The translations under genes were made by a program, and so were the position numbers. DNA of 64,000 bases, taken from NCBI GenBank assembly GCA_035193785.1, contig CP136572.1:2612578-2676577 (forward strand), given 5' to 3'. Positions 1-10,584 of the stretch are shown here, piece after piece (positions within the stretch are counted from its first letter, which is position 1; every line of letters begins with the position of its first letter). The notes under the pieces are model-generated. The model did not search any database, was not told where the DNA came from, and saw only the letters and a program-made list of their open reading frames with translations. The DNA comes from Planktothrix sp. GU0601_MAG3. GTDB lineage: Bacteria; Cyanobacteriota; Cyanobacteriia; Cyanobacteriales; Microcoleaceae.

Positions 1-1104
1 CCGGGGAGATTTGATCAGGAAATTCGCTTTCGAGTTCCTGATAGAAATGGACGGTTAGAAATCCTCAATATTCTAACACAATCCATGCCCTTACAAACCG
101 TTAATTTAGAAGTAATTGCTGATTTATCTGTGGGATTTGTGGGGGCAGATTTAAAAGCCACTTGTCAAGCCGCAGCCTATACTGCCCTACGTCGTCAAGT
201 TCCCTCTTTGGATGCTCCTATTCCCGATCAATTATATATTAATCAACAGGATTTTATTACCGCTTTAACGGAAATTAAGCCTTCAGTTTTGCGGTCAGTA
301 GAAGTGGAAAATCCCAATATTTCATGGGAAGAAATTGGCGGTTTAGAGAGTATTAAACAAACCTTACAGGATTCTGTAGAAGGTCAGTTACTTTACCCAG
401 AATTATATCAACAAACCGGAGCTAAAGCCCCGCGCGGGATTCTACTTTGGGGGCCACCAGGAACGGGTAAAACCCTATTAGCAAAAGCGATCGCATCCCA
501 ATCTAGGGCTAATTTTATTGCGGTGAATGGCCCGGAATTATTAACCCGTTGGGTAGGAGCCGCCGAAGCCGCCGTGCGAGAATTATTTGCTAAAGCTAGA
601 CAAGCCTCGCCTTGTGTTATTTTTATTGATGAAATTGATAGTTTAGCTCCGATTCGTGGAGCTTACATGGGAGATTCCGGGGTAAGCGATCGCGTGGTTG
701 GGCAATTATTAACGGAATTAGACGGGTTACAAAGTTGTTCTGAAGTATTATTAATTGGGGCAACAAACCGCCCGGAAGCCATCGATCCCGCCCTGTTAAG
801 AGCCGGACGATTAGACCTACAATTAAAGGTCGATTTACCCGATGTTAATAGTCGTTTAGCGATCCTGCAAGTTCATAATAAAAACCGTCCTTTAGTTGAT
901 ATTAATTTAACCAATTGGGCAACGGAAACTGAAGGTTGGAATGGGGCAGATTTAGCATTATTAAGTAATCAAGCCGCCTTAGAAGCCATTCGTCGCTATC
1001 GTCGAGAGGGGTTAACAAATCCTAAAGAAATTTCGATTACGACCGAAGATTTTCGTTTAGGATATAAAATATTAATGTTAAATCGAACTCAATCCAATTG
1101 TTGA
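1..1104 (+). CDS. CDC48/p97-like AAA+ ATPase (5' end outside window)
   Basis: Frame open from base 1 (PGRFDQEIRF...); Walker A GPPGTGKT, Walker B IFIDEID, second region of homology ATNRPEAIDPALLRAGRLD. Confidence 0.9.
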   Translation, partial: PGRFDQEIRFRVPDRNGRLEILNILTQSMPLQTVNLEVIADLSVGFVGADLKATCQAAAYTALRRQVPSLDAPIPDQLYINQQDFITALTEIKPSVLRSVEVENPNISWEEIGGLESIKQTLQDSVEGQLLYPELYQQTGAKAPRGILLWGPPGTGKTLLAKAIASQSRANFIAVNGPELLTRWVGAAEAAVRELFAKARQASPCVIFIDEIDSLAPIRGAYMGDSGVSDRVVGQLLTELDGLQSCSEVLLIGATNRPEAIDPALLRAGRLDLQLKVDLPDVNSRLAILQVHNKNRPLVDINLTNWATETEGWNGADLALLSNQAALEAIRRYRREGLTNPKEISITTEDFRLGYKILMLNRTQSNC

Positions 1105-1147
1105 TTTAAAAGTATTTTAAAATAGGATGGGCAGGAAAACCCCGCCC

Positions 1148-2285
1148 CTATGGTGTAAAATTTAGGCGGTTTGGGGTTTCTAGGAGTTGATGTTCCTGAC
1201 GTAAATAGGATTGAATAAAAGCATCGAGTTTGCCATCCATAACATCCTGAATTGCCGTGGTTTCTTCATTGGTGCGTAAATCCTTCACCATTTGATAGGG
1301 ATGAAATACATAGTTTCTAATTTGATTTCCCCAAGCCGCTTCGACTAAATCCCCCCGAATTTCTGCTACTGCTTTTGCCCGTTGTTCTTGAGCAATAATT
1401 AACAATTTTGCCTTCAACAAAGCTAGGGCTTTTTCCTTATTTTGTAACTGAGATCGTTCTTGGGTACAACGCACAGCAATTCCCGTGGGTAGGTGAACAA
1501 TCCGCACGGCGGTTTCCACTTTGTTAACATTTTGCCCGCCTTTTCCCCCCGACCGAGTGGTGGTAATTTCTAGGTCTTTATCAGGAATATCTAACTCAAT
1601 AGAATTATCTAAAATCGGCATAATTTCCACCCCAGCAAAACTGGTTTGTCGCTTATCGTTGGCATTAAACGGTGAAATTCTAACTAAACGGTGCGTGCCT
1701 TTTTCTCCTTTTAAATAACCGTAGGCATAACGGCCGTCAATTTCCAAAGAAACCGATTTAATTCCCGCTTCATCCCCTTCAGAAATTTCCGTTAAATGTA
1801 CTTTATATCCCTGGGCTTCCCCCCAACGGGTATACATCCGCAACAGCATTTCTGTCCAGTCCTGGGCATCGGTGCCCCCAGCCCCGGCATTAATCGTTAA
1901 AATAGCACCATGTTGATCATAAATCCCTGAGAGAAGTTGTTGCAATTCCCATTGATCAAATTCTCGATTTAGTCGCAAAACCGTAGCTGTTGCTTCTTCT
2001 AATAAAGATTCATCGGTTTCTAACTCCAATAGCTCTAAAATAGCTTTGGTATCTTCAATCGCTTGCCGCCAGTGTTCCTGCTGCTGCACAATTGATTTAA
2101 GATCATTCAACTGTTGAAGGGTTTGTTGTGCAGTTTTTTGTTCATCCCAAAAGTCGGGTTGGGCTGCAACTTGCTCTAAATCTTGAATTTTAGCTTGAAG
2201 TGCAGGTAGGTCAAAGATAGTCCTGGGTTTTACCCAGGCGCTCAGATAACAGTTCGATTTCTCGTTTAATTTCTAAAACATCCAT
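1148..2285 (-). CDS. prfB: Peptide chain release factor 2 with programmed +1 frameshift
   Basis: GGQ and SPF motifs; short [27 protein letters not shown] ends in CTT TGA C at 2216-2210. Confidence 0.97.
2210..2224 (-). promoter_or_regulatory. prfB ribosomal frameshift site
   Basis: Minus strand AGGAC-TAT-CTT-TGA-C: internal SD-like sequence plus slippery CUU-UGA. Confidence 0.93.
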
Positions 2286-2373
2286 TGCGATCACTAACCG
2301 TTTTTCTATACTAAAAGGTACACTTTTAATTCTAGCGGGAATTGGGGAACAGTCAACAGTTAACACCGAAACT

Positions 2374-4072
2374 ATGTCACGTCAAATTTTTACTGGAAAT
2401 AGTCCTTTGCGCCAAATGCGACCCGTTGATCGTTGGGTAGATTTATTATGGGTTTTGGGTTTATTAGTGGCGGCGCTGACCCTCTATGGACTACATTTAG
2501 GGGGAGTCCCCCTGCGAGATTGGGATGAGGGCTTAGTGGCTCAAGTGGCGAGGGAAATTGGCAGGGGACAACAAACTTGGCTGCATCCGACTTTACATGG
2601 AATTCCCTATTTGAATAAACCTCCCTTAGTGCATTTGTTAATAGCTTTTGCCTATCAAATGGGGGGAGTAAATGAATGGATGGCGCGGCTTCCTTCGGCA
2701 TTATTAACGGCGGTTTCCGTTCCGATTTTATATGGGATTGGTTTAGAATTATTTCGCCATCGAACTTCGGCAATTTTTTCGGCTTTAGTTTATCTAACAT
2801 TATTACCTGTTATCCGTCAAGGACGGTTAGCAATGTTAGATGGGACAGTAATATTTTTATGGTTGGTTTTAGTTTGGTGTGTGTTGCGTTCTCGACGGGA
2901 TTTAAGATTTGCTTTAGGGTCGGGAATTGCCTTTGGTTTATTATGTTTAACTAAGGGAATTTTCTTAGGATTATTATTAGGGGCGATCACTTTTTTCTTT
3001 CTATTTTGGGATACGCCCCGTTTATTAACCAGTCCCTATCTATGGTTAGGTTTAGGGTTTGGTTTAGTACCTGTAGGTTTCTGGTATGGGGCACAATGGA
3101 TTTATTATGGACAGGGATTTATTCAGGGAAATTTAGTCGATCAGTCTTTCCAACGTATTCTAAAACCCGTTGAGAACCACTCCGGGCCGATTTGGTATTA
3201 TCTATTAGAACTTTTAAAATATGGCTGGCCTTGGCTATTATTTTTACCCCAGGGATTAAGATTAGCTTGGCAAAATCGGAATTTAAGTTGGGCTAAATTA
3301 ATTATAGTTTGGACGGGGATTTATTTTGTTTCTATTTCATTAATGACCACCAAATTACCCTGGTATATTTTACCGATTTATCCGGTGTTAGCGTTGGCGG
3401 TGGGACGATATTTGGCAGAAGTTTGGAAGGAAGGAGATCGGGATATTGGGTTATGGAAATTGGGTAAAGTTGGGCGCGGAAAGTATGAACATTTTGTTAA
3501 ACCTACGCCGGATCAACTCTTACCCCTGTTTGTTCTATTAGCGATTATTTCAGCCCTGGGATACTGTTATTTTGGCGGGATGCTTTCTTGGGTGATTCCT
3601 AATTTTATTGTTCAACGGGATTTACAATTCACCTTTGGAGCTTTGATGTTAACCATGTCTTTTGTGGCGGTTTTAATTAGCCAAAAAGATCGACAATTTT
3701 TACTGGTGTTATTTTGGGGAAACCTATGTATCTTTGTTACTATTTTTTACTTCTAATTATTGGGTTTGGGAACTAAATGAAGATTTTGCGGTTAAACCCG
3801 TGGCGGCTATTATTCGGGAGGGAACACCCCCGGGAGAAGAAATTTATATGGGTCATAATTCTGGGCGTCCTTCCTTGAATTTTTATAGCGATCGCCATAT
3901 TCATGCTGTTGATGATGCGACCCTCAAAGATAAATGGCAAACCCTAGAAAAACCCTATTTATTATTGAAAGAAAATACCTTGAAAAAATTACAGTTAAAC
4001 AATGTTAAAAAAATTGATCAAACTCCCGACTGGATATTAATAACTAAGAAACCTTCATCATTAAAAACATAG
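2374..4072 (+). CDS. ArnT/PMT-family (GT39/GT83) membrane glycosyltransferase; apparent frameshift at 3719-3723
   Basis: LRDWDEG, NKPPL, RLPSA and TKLPWY motifs; the two ORFs join on removing one A from GAAAC. Confidence 0.85.
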
Positions 4073-4129
4073 TGCGAGCGTCCTCCATCGCTGCTCACTC
4101 ATAATCTGAAAATAGGTTTCTAATTTTAT

Positions 4130-4232
4130 CAGGACTTACGCAGAAACCGGGTTTCTGAACGAGAAATCACCGATTTCATCCGCAAAATCAGGGCTAGAAA
4201 CCCGGTTTCTTTGGTCTTGTGCGTAAGTCCTG
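4130..4232. mobile_element. MITE/REP-like element with CAGGACTTACGCA terminal inverted repeats
   Basis: CAGGACTTACGCA...TGCGTAAGTCCTG enclosing AGAAACCGGGTTTCT and AGAAACCCGGTTTCT palindromes. Confidence 0.75.
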
Positions 4233-4233
4233 T

Positions 4234-7200
4234 TTAAGCTAAACCTTGGGAAAGAAAACCCGCCCAATAGTAGGGACTCGCATAGGGATATTTTACCTCA
4301 GAACTATTTTTGAGGTTATTTACTTCTCCTAGGCGCTCTGAAGATTTTTCTGAGATGGAATTTTTTAATGCTTCCAGACTTTGACAACTTCTTAAATCAA
4401 ATTGCGCTAATCTTAACGCTTCTGGGCGGGTTTTTCCTTGGTCGAGATAGTGATAATATAAAATAGTAAATACCGATGTGGCTTGATCATTCACCGCCCA
4501 CAATGTACTAACAACATTTCGCGCCCCCGCAGACAGAAAACCTGCGGCTAAGGATAGGGGCTCATCGGTAATAGGAGTTAAGGTTAAATTAGTTTCGCAA
4601 CAGCTTAAAAATAAATCCGATAACTCTGGAAACCGTAAGGTAAATATTGTGGCTAAATTCAGTTCTTGTTTATTCGCTAAAACTAATTTACAATTTTCGG
4701 GATGATTTAAGTCTGCATTGGCGTGATGACTTGAATGTAACCGTTGCACTTTTTTCGCTAATTTGATATAATTATCTGGGGTAGCTTGTTCCTTTTTGAG
4801 ATGATATTCTTCGGTAACTTGATAACGTTTTGCTAACTCTTGACATTCTTTTTCTGTATAGAATAAATCTCCTGTGGCATTTTCTACAATTCCTAATTGA
4901 TGGGGTTTGGAAACCAGATCGCGATCGCTACAATATTTTAATATTTGACAACTGGGAACCACTCTTAAACGAAAGCGATCGCTTAAATATTCCGGGAGGT
5001 CTGTACTGTTTTCCGACCCTGTAGAACTGGCAGGAATCGGCTCACTAAAGACCATTTGACGAGTTGTTCCCATCTCGATTTTGCCGCTAGAAATTGCTGG
5101 ATTAGGATTCAACGGTAAGGCGGCAAAGGGCATTTGATGGAGATACAAATGGGGAATAATAATTAATTCCTCTATTCCCTGTAAATGCTGATCAATTAAT
5201 TGATTAATTTGCAACCTTTCGGCAAGTTCGGTTACGAATTTACCCATATTTTGCCGCCATTGATTCTTGTTTTCTTTATAAGGTTTTAACCAATTTTGCA
5301 ATATCCAATTTTGCAGGGTTTCGTATCCTTGACCGTCGCAGGTGTGGAGGGTTAGGGAGTAAGACCTCTCCCCCAACCCCTCTCCTGCGAGGCGAGGGGA
5401 GTTAGAAACAAGTGGGAAGTTAGAAAGCACAGACGAGTCAAATTGTTCCCCCATTCCCTCGCAGGGAAGGGGGGTTAGGGGGGTTAGGTCACTCCGCCGC
5501 AACACAAACGCAAACGTCCGATCATTGGTACTATAAAAACTAACAATAGCGGTGACATCATCCTGAATTAACTGCTGAATTTCTGCTAACTGAATCACAT
5601 CGACTTCTATTTGACCCGCTAATACCGGATCATGACTGCGAATTTCTCGCCAACGCTGCTTTCTTTCCGTTTCTAATTGTTCAATTTCTGCTGAAGTTTC
5701 TGGGGAGAGTTGACCAATTTTTGAGGGATTTTCGGGCGTATTCGGTGGGGGTGTTTGCTGTAACTGATTCATCCGTTGTTTCAAAGCATTATATTCCGCC
5801 ACCAATTCCGGGGGAACTTCCGCATTAGGATAGAGATCCTTACTGGCAAATAAATCCGCTAACTGCCGACACCGCGATCGCTCTGCGGTCAATAATGCCT
5901 GTTGATAATTCCCCAAATTAATATAACATTGAATCGCCTGATCATAAACCCCAATAGCTGCGGCTAAAATCTCTTGACGCTGTTGATCGGTTTGCGCCCG
6001 ACTGCGACTATTTTCTACTGCTTTCATCGCCCATTCATAGCCCTCCACTCCCCATTCCCAGTTCCCAATTTTAAACCCTAAATCCCCGAAATTGCGTCCT
6101 GTTATTACACAGTCCAGAGGTAATATTTTCGGTTGACGAACGATTAACGCTTGTCGATAACAATGAACAGCCTGATCATACAGGTTTTGTTGTGCTTCCC
6201 CCTGAACTTCTGAGGCGAGTTTAGAATAGGCATTCCCCAGATTATTATTAGTCATTGCCCATTGTTGGGGGTAGGTCTGTTGTTGATAAACAATTAAAGC
6301 CAGTTGATAACAAGCGATGGCTGCTTTTAAATTCTCTTCGGTATTTTCTATTGCTGCTAGGTTACGATAGGCAGCCCCCAGATTATTATTAGTCATTGCC
6401 CATTGTTGGGGGTAGGTCTGTTGTTGATAAACTATTAAAGCCTGTTGATAACAAGCGATGGCTGCTTTTAAATTTTCCTCAGTATTTTCTATTGCTGCTA
6501 GGTCAGAATAGGCAGTCCCCAGATTATTATTTGTCCCTGCCCATTGTTGGGGGTAGGTCTGTTGTTGATAAACTATTAAAGCCTGTTGATAACAAGCGAT
6601 GGCTGCTTTTAAATTTTCCTCAGTATTTTCTATTGCTGCTAGGTCAGAATAGGCAGTCCCCAGATTATTATTTGTCCCTGCCCAATCTTGGGGGTATGTC
6701 AGTTGTTGATAAACAATTAAAGCCTGTTGATAACAAGCGATGGCTGCTTTTAAATTCTCTTGGGTATTTTCTATTGCTGCTAGTCTTAAATAGGCATTCC
6801 CCAGATTATTATTAGTCATTGCCCAATCTTGGGGGTAGGTCTGTTGTTGACGAACAATTAAAGCCAGTTGATAACAAGCGATGGCAGCTTTTAAATTCTC
6901 TTCGGTATTTTCTATTGCTGCTAGGTCTAAATAGGCATTCCCCAGATTATTATTTGTCCCTGCCCATTGTTGGGGGTAGGTCTGTTGTTGACGAACAATT
7001 AAAGCCTGTTGATAACAAGCGATGGCAGCTTTTAAATTCTCTTCGGTATTTTCTATTGCTGCTAGGTCAGAATAGGCAGTCCCCAGATTATTATTAGTCA
7101 TTGCCCAATCTTGGGGGTAGGTCTGTTGTTGATAAACTATTAAAGCCAGTTGATAACAAGCGATGGCAGCTTTTAAATTCTCTTGGGTATTTTCTATTGC

Positions 7201-7959
7201 TGCTAGTCTTAAATAGGCATTCCCCAGATTATTATTAGTCATTGCCCAATCTTGGGGGTAGGTCTGTTGTTGATAAACTATTAAAGCCAGTTGATAACAA
7301 GCGATGGCTGCTTTTAAATTCTCCTCGGTATTTTCTATTGCTGCTAGTCTTACATAGGCATTCCCCAGATGATTATTGGCTTGCGCCCCTAATTCGGATT
7401 CTTCCTGACAATAATCCAAGACAAACTCATATCCCGCAATGGCAATATTTTGAATATATCTAGGGTTTCCCAGAGGAAATTCGCTAATTCTAATACTGAT
7501 ATTTCCGACTAAGGCAACTATTGTTTCTGTTGCTTCTGGGTGTGCTTCAATAATTCCCCCAGCAACAACTTTTAAGACTTGAGCAAATTGTGGGTTGAGG
7601 AGATGGCGGTTATCGGCAAGTAGGGTATTTAATTGTTGAATATTTTCTTCTAATTCTGTTTGAAATAATCCTTGAATCAAGGTAATATAATCTTGACGAG
7701 AATATTGATTGGATTGCTCATCGTCAGGGGATGGAGAGGATAACAGCATCATTAATTGTTCGGCTATTTTTAACAACCATTGGGCGGTTTGTTCCTGTCC
7801 GTTTTCCGTTAGGGTTTCTGCTACCCTCTTCATCGTTAAACATAACCCCATATCCACTAATTCAGCATGGTCTTGGAGAATTGTTACCTCCTCTCCGTTG
7901 GGACAATCAATTAATTGCTGAATTAAATTAAGGTAAGCGGCGAAGCGTTCTTCGTTCAT
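4234..7959 (-). CDS. TPR-repeat CHAT-domain (caspase/HetF-like) protease
   Basis: Eight 47-aa TPR-like repeats; CHAT motifs [16 protein letters not shown] (His), LSCCET (Cys), [17 protein letters not shown]. Confidence 0.92.
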   Translation of the reverse strand: MNEERFAAYLNLIQQLIDCPNGEEVTILQDHAELVDMGLCLTMKRVAETLTENGQEQTAQWLLKIAEQLMMLLSSPSPDDEQSNQYSRQDYITLIQGLFQTELEENIQQLNTLLADNRHLLNPQFAQVLKVVAGGIIEAHPEATETIVALVGNISIRISEFPLGNPRYIQNIAIAGYEFVLDYCQEESELGAQANNHLGNAYVRLAAIENTEENLKAAIACYQLALIVYQQQTYPQDWAMTNNNLGNAYLRLAAIENTQENLKAAIACYQLALIVYQQQTYPQDWAMTNNNLGTAYSDLAAIENTEENLKAAIACYQQALIVRQQQTYPQQWAGTNNNLGNAYLDLAAIENTEENLKAAIACYQLALIVRQQQTYPQDWAMTNNNLGNAYLRLAAIENTQENLKAAIACYQQALIVYQQLTYPQDWAGTNNNLGTAYSDLAAIENTEENLKAAIACYQQALIVYQQQTYPQQWAGTNNNLGTAYSDLAAIENTEENLKAAIACYQQALIVYQQQTYPQQWAMTNNNLGAAYRNLAAIENTEENLKAAIACYQLALIVYQQQTYPQQWAMTNNNLGNAYSKLASEVQGEAQQNLYDQAVHCYRQALIVRQPKILPLDCVITGRNFGDLGFKIGNWEWGVEGYEWAMKAVENSRSRAQTDQQRQEILAAAIGVYDQAIQCYINLGNYQQALLTAERSRCRQLADLFASKDLYPNAEVPPELVAEYNALKQRMNQLQQTPPPNTPENPSKIGQLSPETSAEIEQLETERKQRWREIRSHDPVLAGQIEVDVIQLAEIQQLIQDDVTAIVSFYSTNDRTFAFVLRRSDLTPLTPLPCEGMGEQFDSSVLSNFPLVSNSPRLAGEGLGERSYSLTLHTCDGQGYETLQNWILQNWLKPYKENKNQWRQNMGKFVTELAERLQINQLIDQHLQGIEELIIIPHLYLHQMPFAALPLNPNPAISSGKIEMGTTRQMVFSEPIPASSTGSENSTDLPEYLSDRFRLRVVPSCQILKYCSDRDLVSKPHQLGIVENATGDLFYTEKECQELAKRYQVTEEYHLKKEQATPDNYIKLAKKVQRLHSSHHANADLNHPENCKLVLANKQELNLATIFTLRFPELSDLFLSCCETNLTLTPITDEPLSLAAGFLSAGARNVVSTLWAVNDQATSVFTILYYHYLDQGKTRPEALRLAQFDLRSCQSLEALKNSISEKSSERLGEVNNLKNSSEVKYPYASPYYWAGFLSQGLA
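5363..5490. repeat. Palindromic small dispersed repeat inserted in frame in the CHAT gene
   Basis: GACCTCTCCCCCAACCCCTCTCC...GGAAGGGGGGTTAGGGGGGTTAGGTC; encodes [14 protein letters not shown]...[13 protein letters not shown]. Confidence 0.7.
6215..7380 (-). repeat. Coding tandem array, 8 x 141 bp
   Basis: Unit AIENT(E/Q)[11 protein letters not shown](L/Q)ALIV(Y/R)QQQTYPQ(D/Q)WA(M/G)TNNNLG(N/T/A)AYxxLA; 141-nt period (e.g. 6511 vs 6652). Confidence 0.95.
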
Positions 7960-8141
7960 GGGATGCTCCTGGTGGGTTAATAATATTGTAGCGTGTGTTA
8001 GGGGAATTAGAAACCGGGTTTACTTTTCTATCATTAGTGTCAACTTAAGCCGAAAACCCGTGATTAAAGCCGAGATCAGATCCCCCTAAATCCCCCCTTC
8101 GGCAAGCTCAGGGCAGGCCTTAAAAAGGGGGACTTTGATCT

Positions 8142-8643
8142 CCTGTCCCCCCCTTGTTAAGGGGGGTTAGGGGGGATCAAAACCAGAATAGGCGAGAAGA
8201 AAGAAAGGGCGGGTTTACAAAGATTATTGGTTAGATTTGTTAACCTTTGTAGAAACCCGCCCCTACCTTTCCTGTCCCCCATTGTTAAGGGGGGTTAGGG
8301 GGGATCAAAACCAGAATAAGAGAAGAAAGAAAGGGCGGGTTTACAAAGATTATTGGTTAGAATTATTAACCTTTGTAGAACCCGCCCCTACCTTTCCTGT
8401 CCCCCCATTGTTAAGGGGGGTTAGGGGGGATCAAAACCAGAATAAGAGAAGAAAGAAAGGGCGGGTTTACAAAGATTATTGGTTAGAATTATTAACCTTT
8501 GTAGAACCCGCCCCTACCTTTCCTGTCCCCCCATTGTTAAGGGGGGTTAGGGGGGATCAAACCCAGAATAAGAGAAGAAAGAAAGGGCGGGTTTAGAAAG
8601 ATTATTGGTTAGATTTGTTAACCTTTGGCGAACCCGCCCCTAC
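8142..8643. repeat. Intergenic tandem array of four ~126-bp composite palindromic units (BIME-like)
   Basis: Units start at 8142, 8271, 8396 and 8522; each has a CCCCCC..TTAAGGGGGG hairpin and a GGGCGGGTT...AACCCGCCCCTAC hairpin. Confidence 0.92.
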
Positions 8644-8648
8644 ATTTC

Positions 8649-9575
8649 CTATTCCACCCTTTTTAATGGGGGTAAAACCTCGAATTTTTGATAAAAAATA
8701 TGCCAACGGGTTTTGTTTTGCTTTTCAAACTGTTGCCAAAGTTCCAACATCAATTCCGGTTTTACCGAGGGAAACTGTTGATCTTTGATTTGATTTAACG
8801 CCTCTAAATTCAAAGGAAATTCAGAAACAATTCCCAAATATTCTTCTATTCCGGGTTGATTAAATTCAATCGCAATTTGATTGTTAAATGCTATGGAACC
8901 CATTTGAGGTAAAATCATAGGACTTTCGCTAATTTTATTAGTCGGCGCAAATGCTAAGGAAGGACAGACTAAAAAACGGCTGGTAAATCCTCTATTAAAT
9001 AGCAAGAAATAATGGTTAGGATATTCTAAATTGATCTTCATCTGTAAAGGTTGATCACAAGGAATTTTAGCAGAATTCGGTTGCGGATCTTTCCAAACCA
9101 TTCCTCGCTCACCATTGGGAGAAAATTCTATCCAATTTTGTTGTAAACCCGTCTGAGTTTGAAACCGTTTCCAAATTTGATCCACTTCCCAGCGAGGGAA
9201 TTGATATTCCCATAACCAAGCATATACCTTTTTCCAAGTGCCTTTTTGTCCTGGAGTAAGATTTTGTAAACCCTCAATATCAATTTGATCATCAATTAAC
9301 TCTTTTTCATAGATTTTGATTAAATTTTTAATGACTTCAGTTTGCAGTCTTTGAATATTATTCTGACAATATCCTAACTGTTTTTTGATTAAACTTAATA
9401 AATCATCTTCTTTTTCTTTATTATTTTGGTTATCAATATTATAATTATCGGGATGAAAGCGCAGTTTAAAAAACCATTCTTTTTCCCCTTTGCTTCCGTT
9501 AACATCATCTTTAAAAAGTATTGTTGCCAAGTCATCCAGAAATCCTGCGTATTCTTTCATCTTTTCCGCCTCCAA
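8649..9575 (-). CDS. Putative N-terminal HTH-like domain plus DUF4384-like protein
   Basis: C-terminal pattern YFLLFN...LVCPS.AFAP...LPQ...PGIEEYLGIVSE.PL resembles DUF4384; helical N-terminus ending WKKVYAWLW. Confidence 0.55.
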   Translation of the reverse strand: MEAEKMKEYAGFLDDLATILFKDDVNGSKGEKEWFFKLRFHPDNYNIDNQNNKEKEDDLLSLIKKQLGYCQNNIQRLQTEVIKNLIKIYEKELIDDQIDIEGLQNLTPGQKGTWKKVYAWLWEYQFPRWEVDQIWKRFQTQTGLQQNWIEFSPNGERGMVWKDPQPNSAKIPCDQPLQMKINLEYPNHYFLLFNRGFTSRFLVCPSLAFAPTNKISESPMILPQMGSIAFNNQIAIEFNQPGIEEYLGIVSEFPLNLEALNQIKDQQFPSVKPELMLELWQQFEKQNKTRWHIFYQKFEVLPPLKRVE

Positions 9576-9838
9576 TTCATCTTAGGCTTTAATTCATCTG
9601 ATCATAACATTATATTCTAAAAAAATAAGATTTTTACACAATTGTCATTTGCTGTCATTTCCGGTAATTTGTGGAATTTGCAGATATTTTATGGGATTTA
9701 ATGGATTTAAAGCTATTTAATTTATATGCTGTAATTTGATTGAATATATTTGAAAAAACATGATATTTAAAACGATACAAATTATTCAATTAGTTGATAG
9801 AACTAAATCAGTTAACTTTCAACAATTCAGTAACGAAT

Positions 9839-10378
9839 ATGAAATTTACCCTCGCTCATCCCAGTGATAAACGCCTCTGGAATCAGGCTATTAAAATGTT
9901 AGAAAATCCTGCGATTATGAAATGGGTTTTGCAGGGGGCGTTATCAGAAGCTCAGGCGATCGCAGAATTAAAACGTTGGCAACAACATTGGGAAACCTAC
10001 GGTTTTGGCAACTATTTTGCCTTAGACCGACAGGGAAAAGAATTATTAGGATTTATCAAAACGTACCGGAGCGATCGCTCTCCTTTTGTTAACATTGGTT
10101 ATGCCTTAGATCAACCCTATTGGGGTCGTGGTTTAGGCACGGAATTAGCGGAAACTGCGTTAGGAATTGGTTTCTTAGAACTCAAAGAACCTCAATTAGT
10201 GGGTTTTGCACGGTGCCGCAATCATGCGAGTCGTCGCATTTTAGAGAAAGTTGGTTTTCATAAAGTTGAAGACTGTTTAATCGAAAATCGTGATTATTGT
10301 TTATATCAAATTTCCCAAGAACGTTATCTGCAACGGTTGGAAATTTCAGCAATGAATTACACACCTATTACCCGCTAG
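9839..10378 (+). CDS. GNAT (RimJ/RimL-like) N-acetyltransferase
   Basis: IGYALDQPYWGRGLGTE and NHASRRILEKVGF motifs; ATG at 9839 preferred over TTG at 9794. Confidence 0.88.
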   Translation: MKFTLAHPSDKRLWNQAIKMLENPAIMKWVLQGALSEAQAIAELKRWQQHWETYGFGNYFALDRQGKELLGFIKTYRSDRSPFVNIGYALDQPYWGRGLGTELAETALGIGFLELKEPQLVGFARCRNHASRRILEKVGFHKVEDCLIENRDYCLYQISQERYLQRLEISAMNYTPITR

Positions 10379-10388
10379 ATTGATCATA

Positions 10389-10545
10389 TTCCCCCTTTTT
10401 CAAGCAGGGTTAGGGGGGATCAAACCCAGAATAGGCGAGAAAGAAAGGGCGGGTTTAGAAAGATTATTGGTTGGAATTATTAACCCTTGGCGAACCTGCC
10501 CCTACCCGATCATATTCCCCCCTTTTTAATGGGTTAGGGGGGATC
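10389..10545. repeat. Fifth, diverged copy of the 126-bp composite repeat
   Basis: GGGTTAGGGGGGATCAAACCCAGAATAGGCGAGAAAGAAAGGGCGGGTTTAGAAAGATTATTGG matches the units at 8142-8643. Confidence 0.88.
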
Positions 10546-10584
10546 TTTTCCCAGGTTAAAACAATTAAAATTGTGGAGAAATAT

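Noticed and set aside
6215..7380. Possible CRISPR array or DGR template/variable repeat
   Set aside because: The units are in-frame 141-bp coding repeats, differences are not confined to adenines, and no reverse transcriptase is in the window.
6396..7463. Plus-strand ORFs antisense to the CHAT gene, and similar short antisense ORFs elsewhere
   Set aside because: They are shadows of well-supported genes on the opposite strand.
8237..8596. 119-aa repetitive ORF
   Set aside because: It is a translation of the non-coding 126-bp repeat array.
8142..8643. Possible CRISPR array
   Set aside because: The sequences between palindromes are near-identical rather than unique spacers, the period is ~126 bp, and no cas genes are present.
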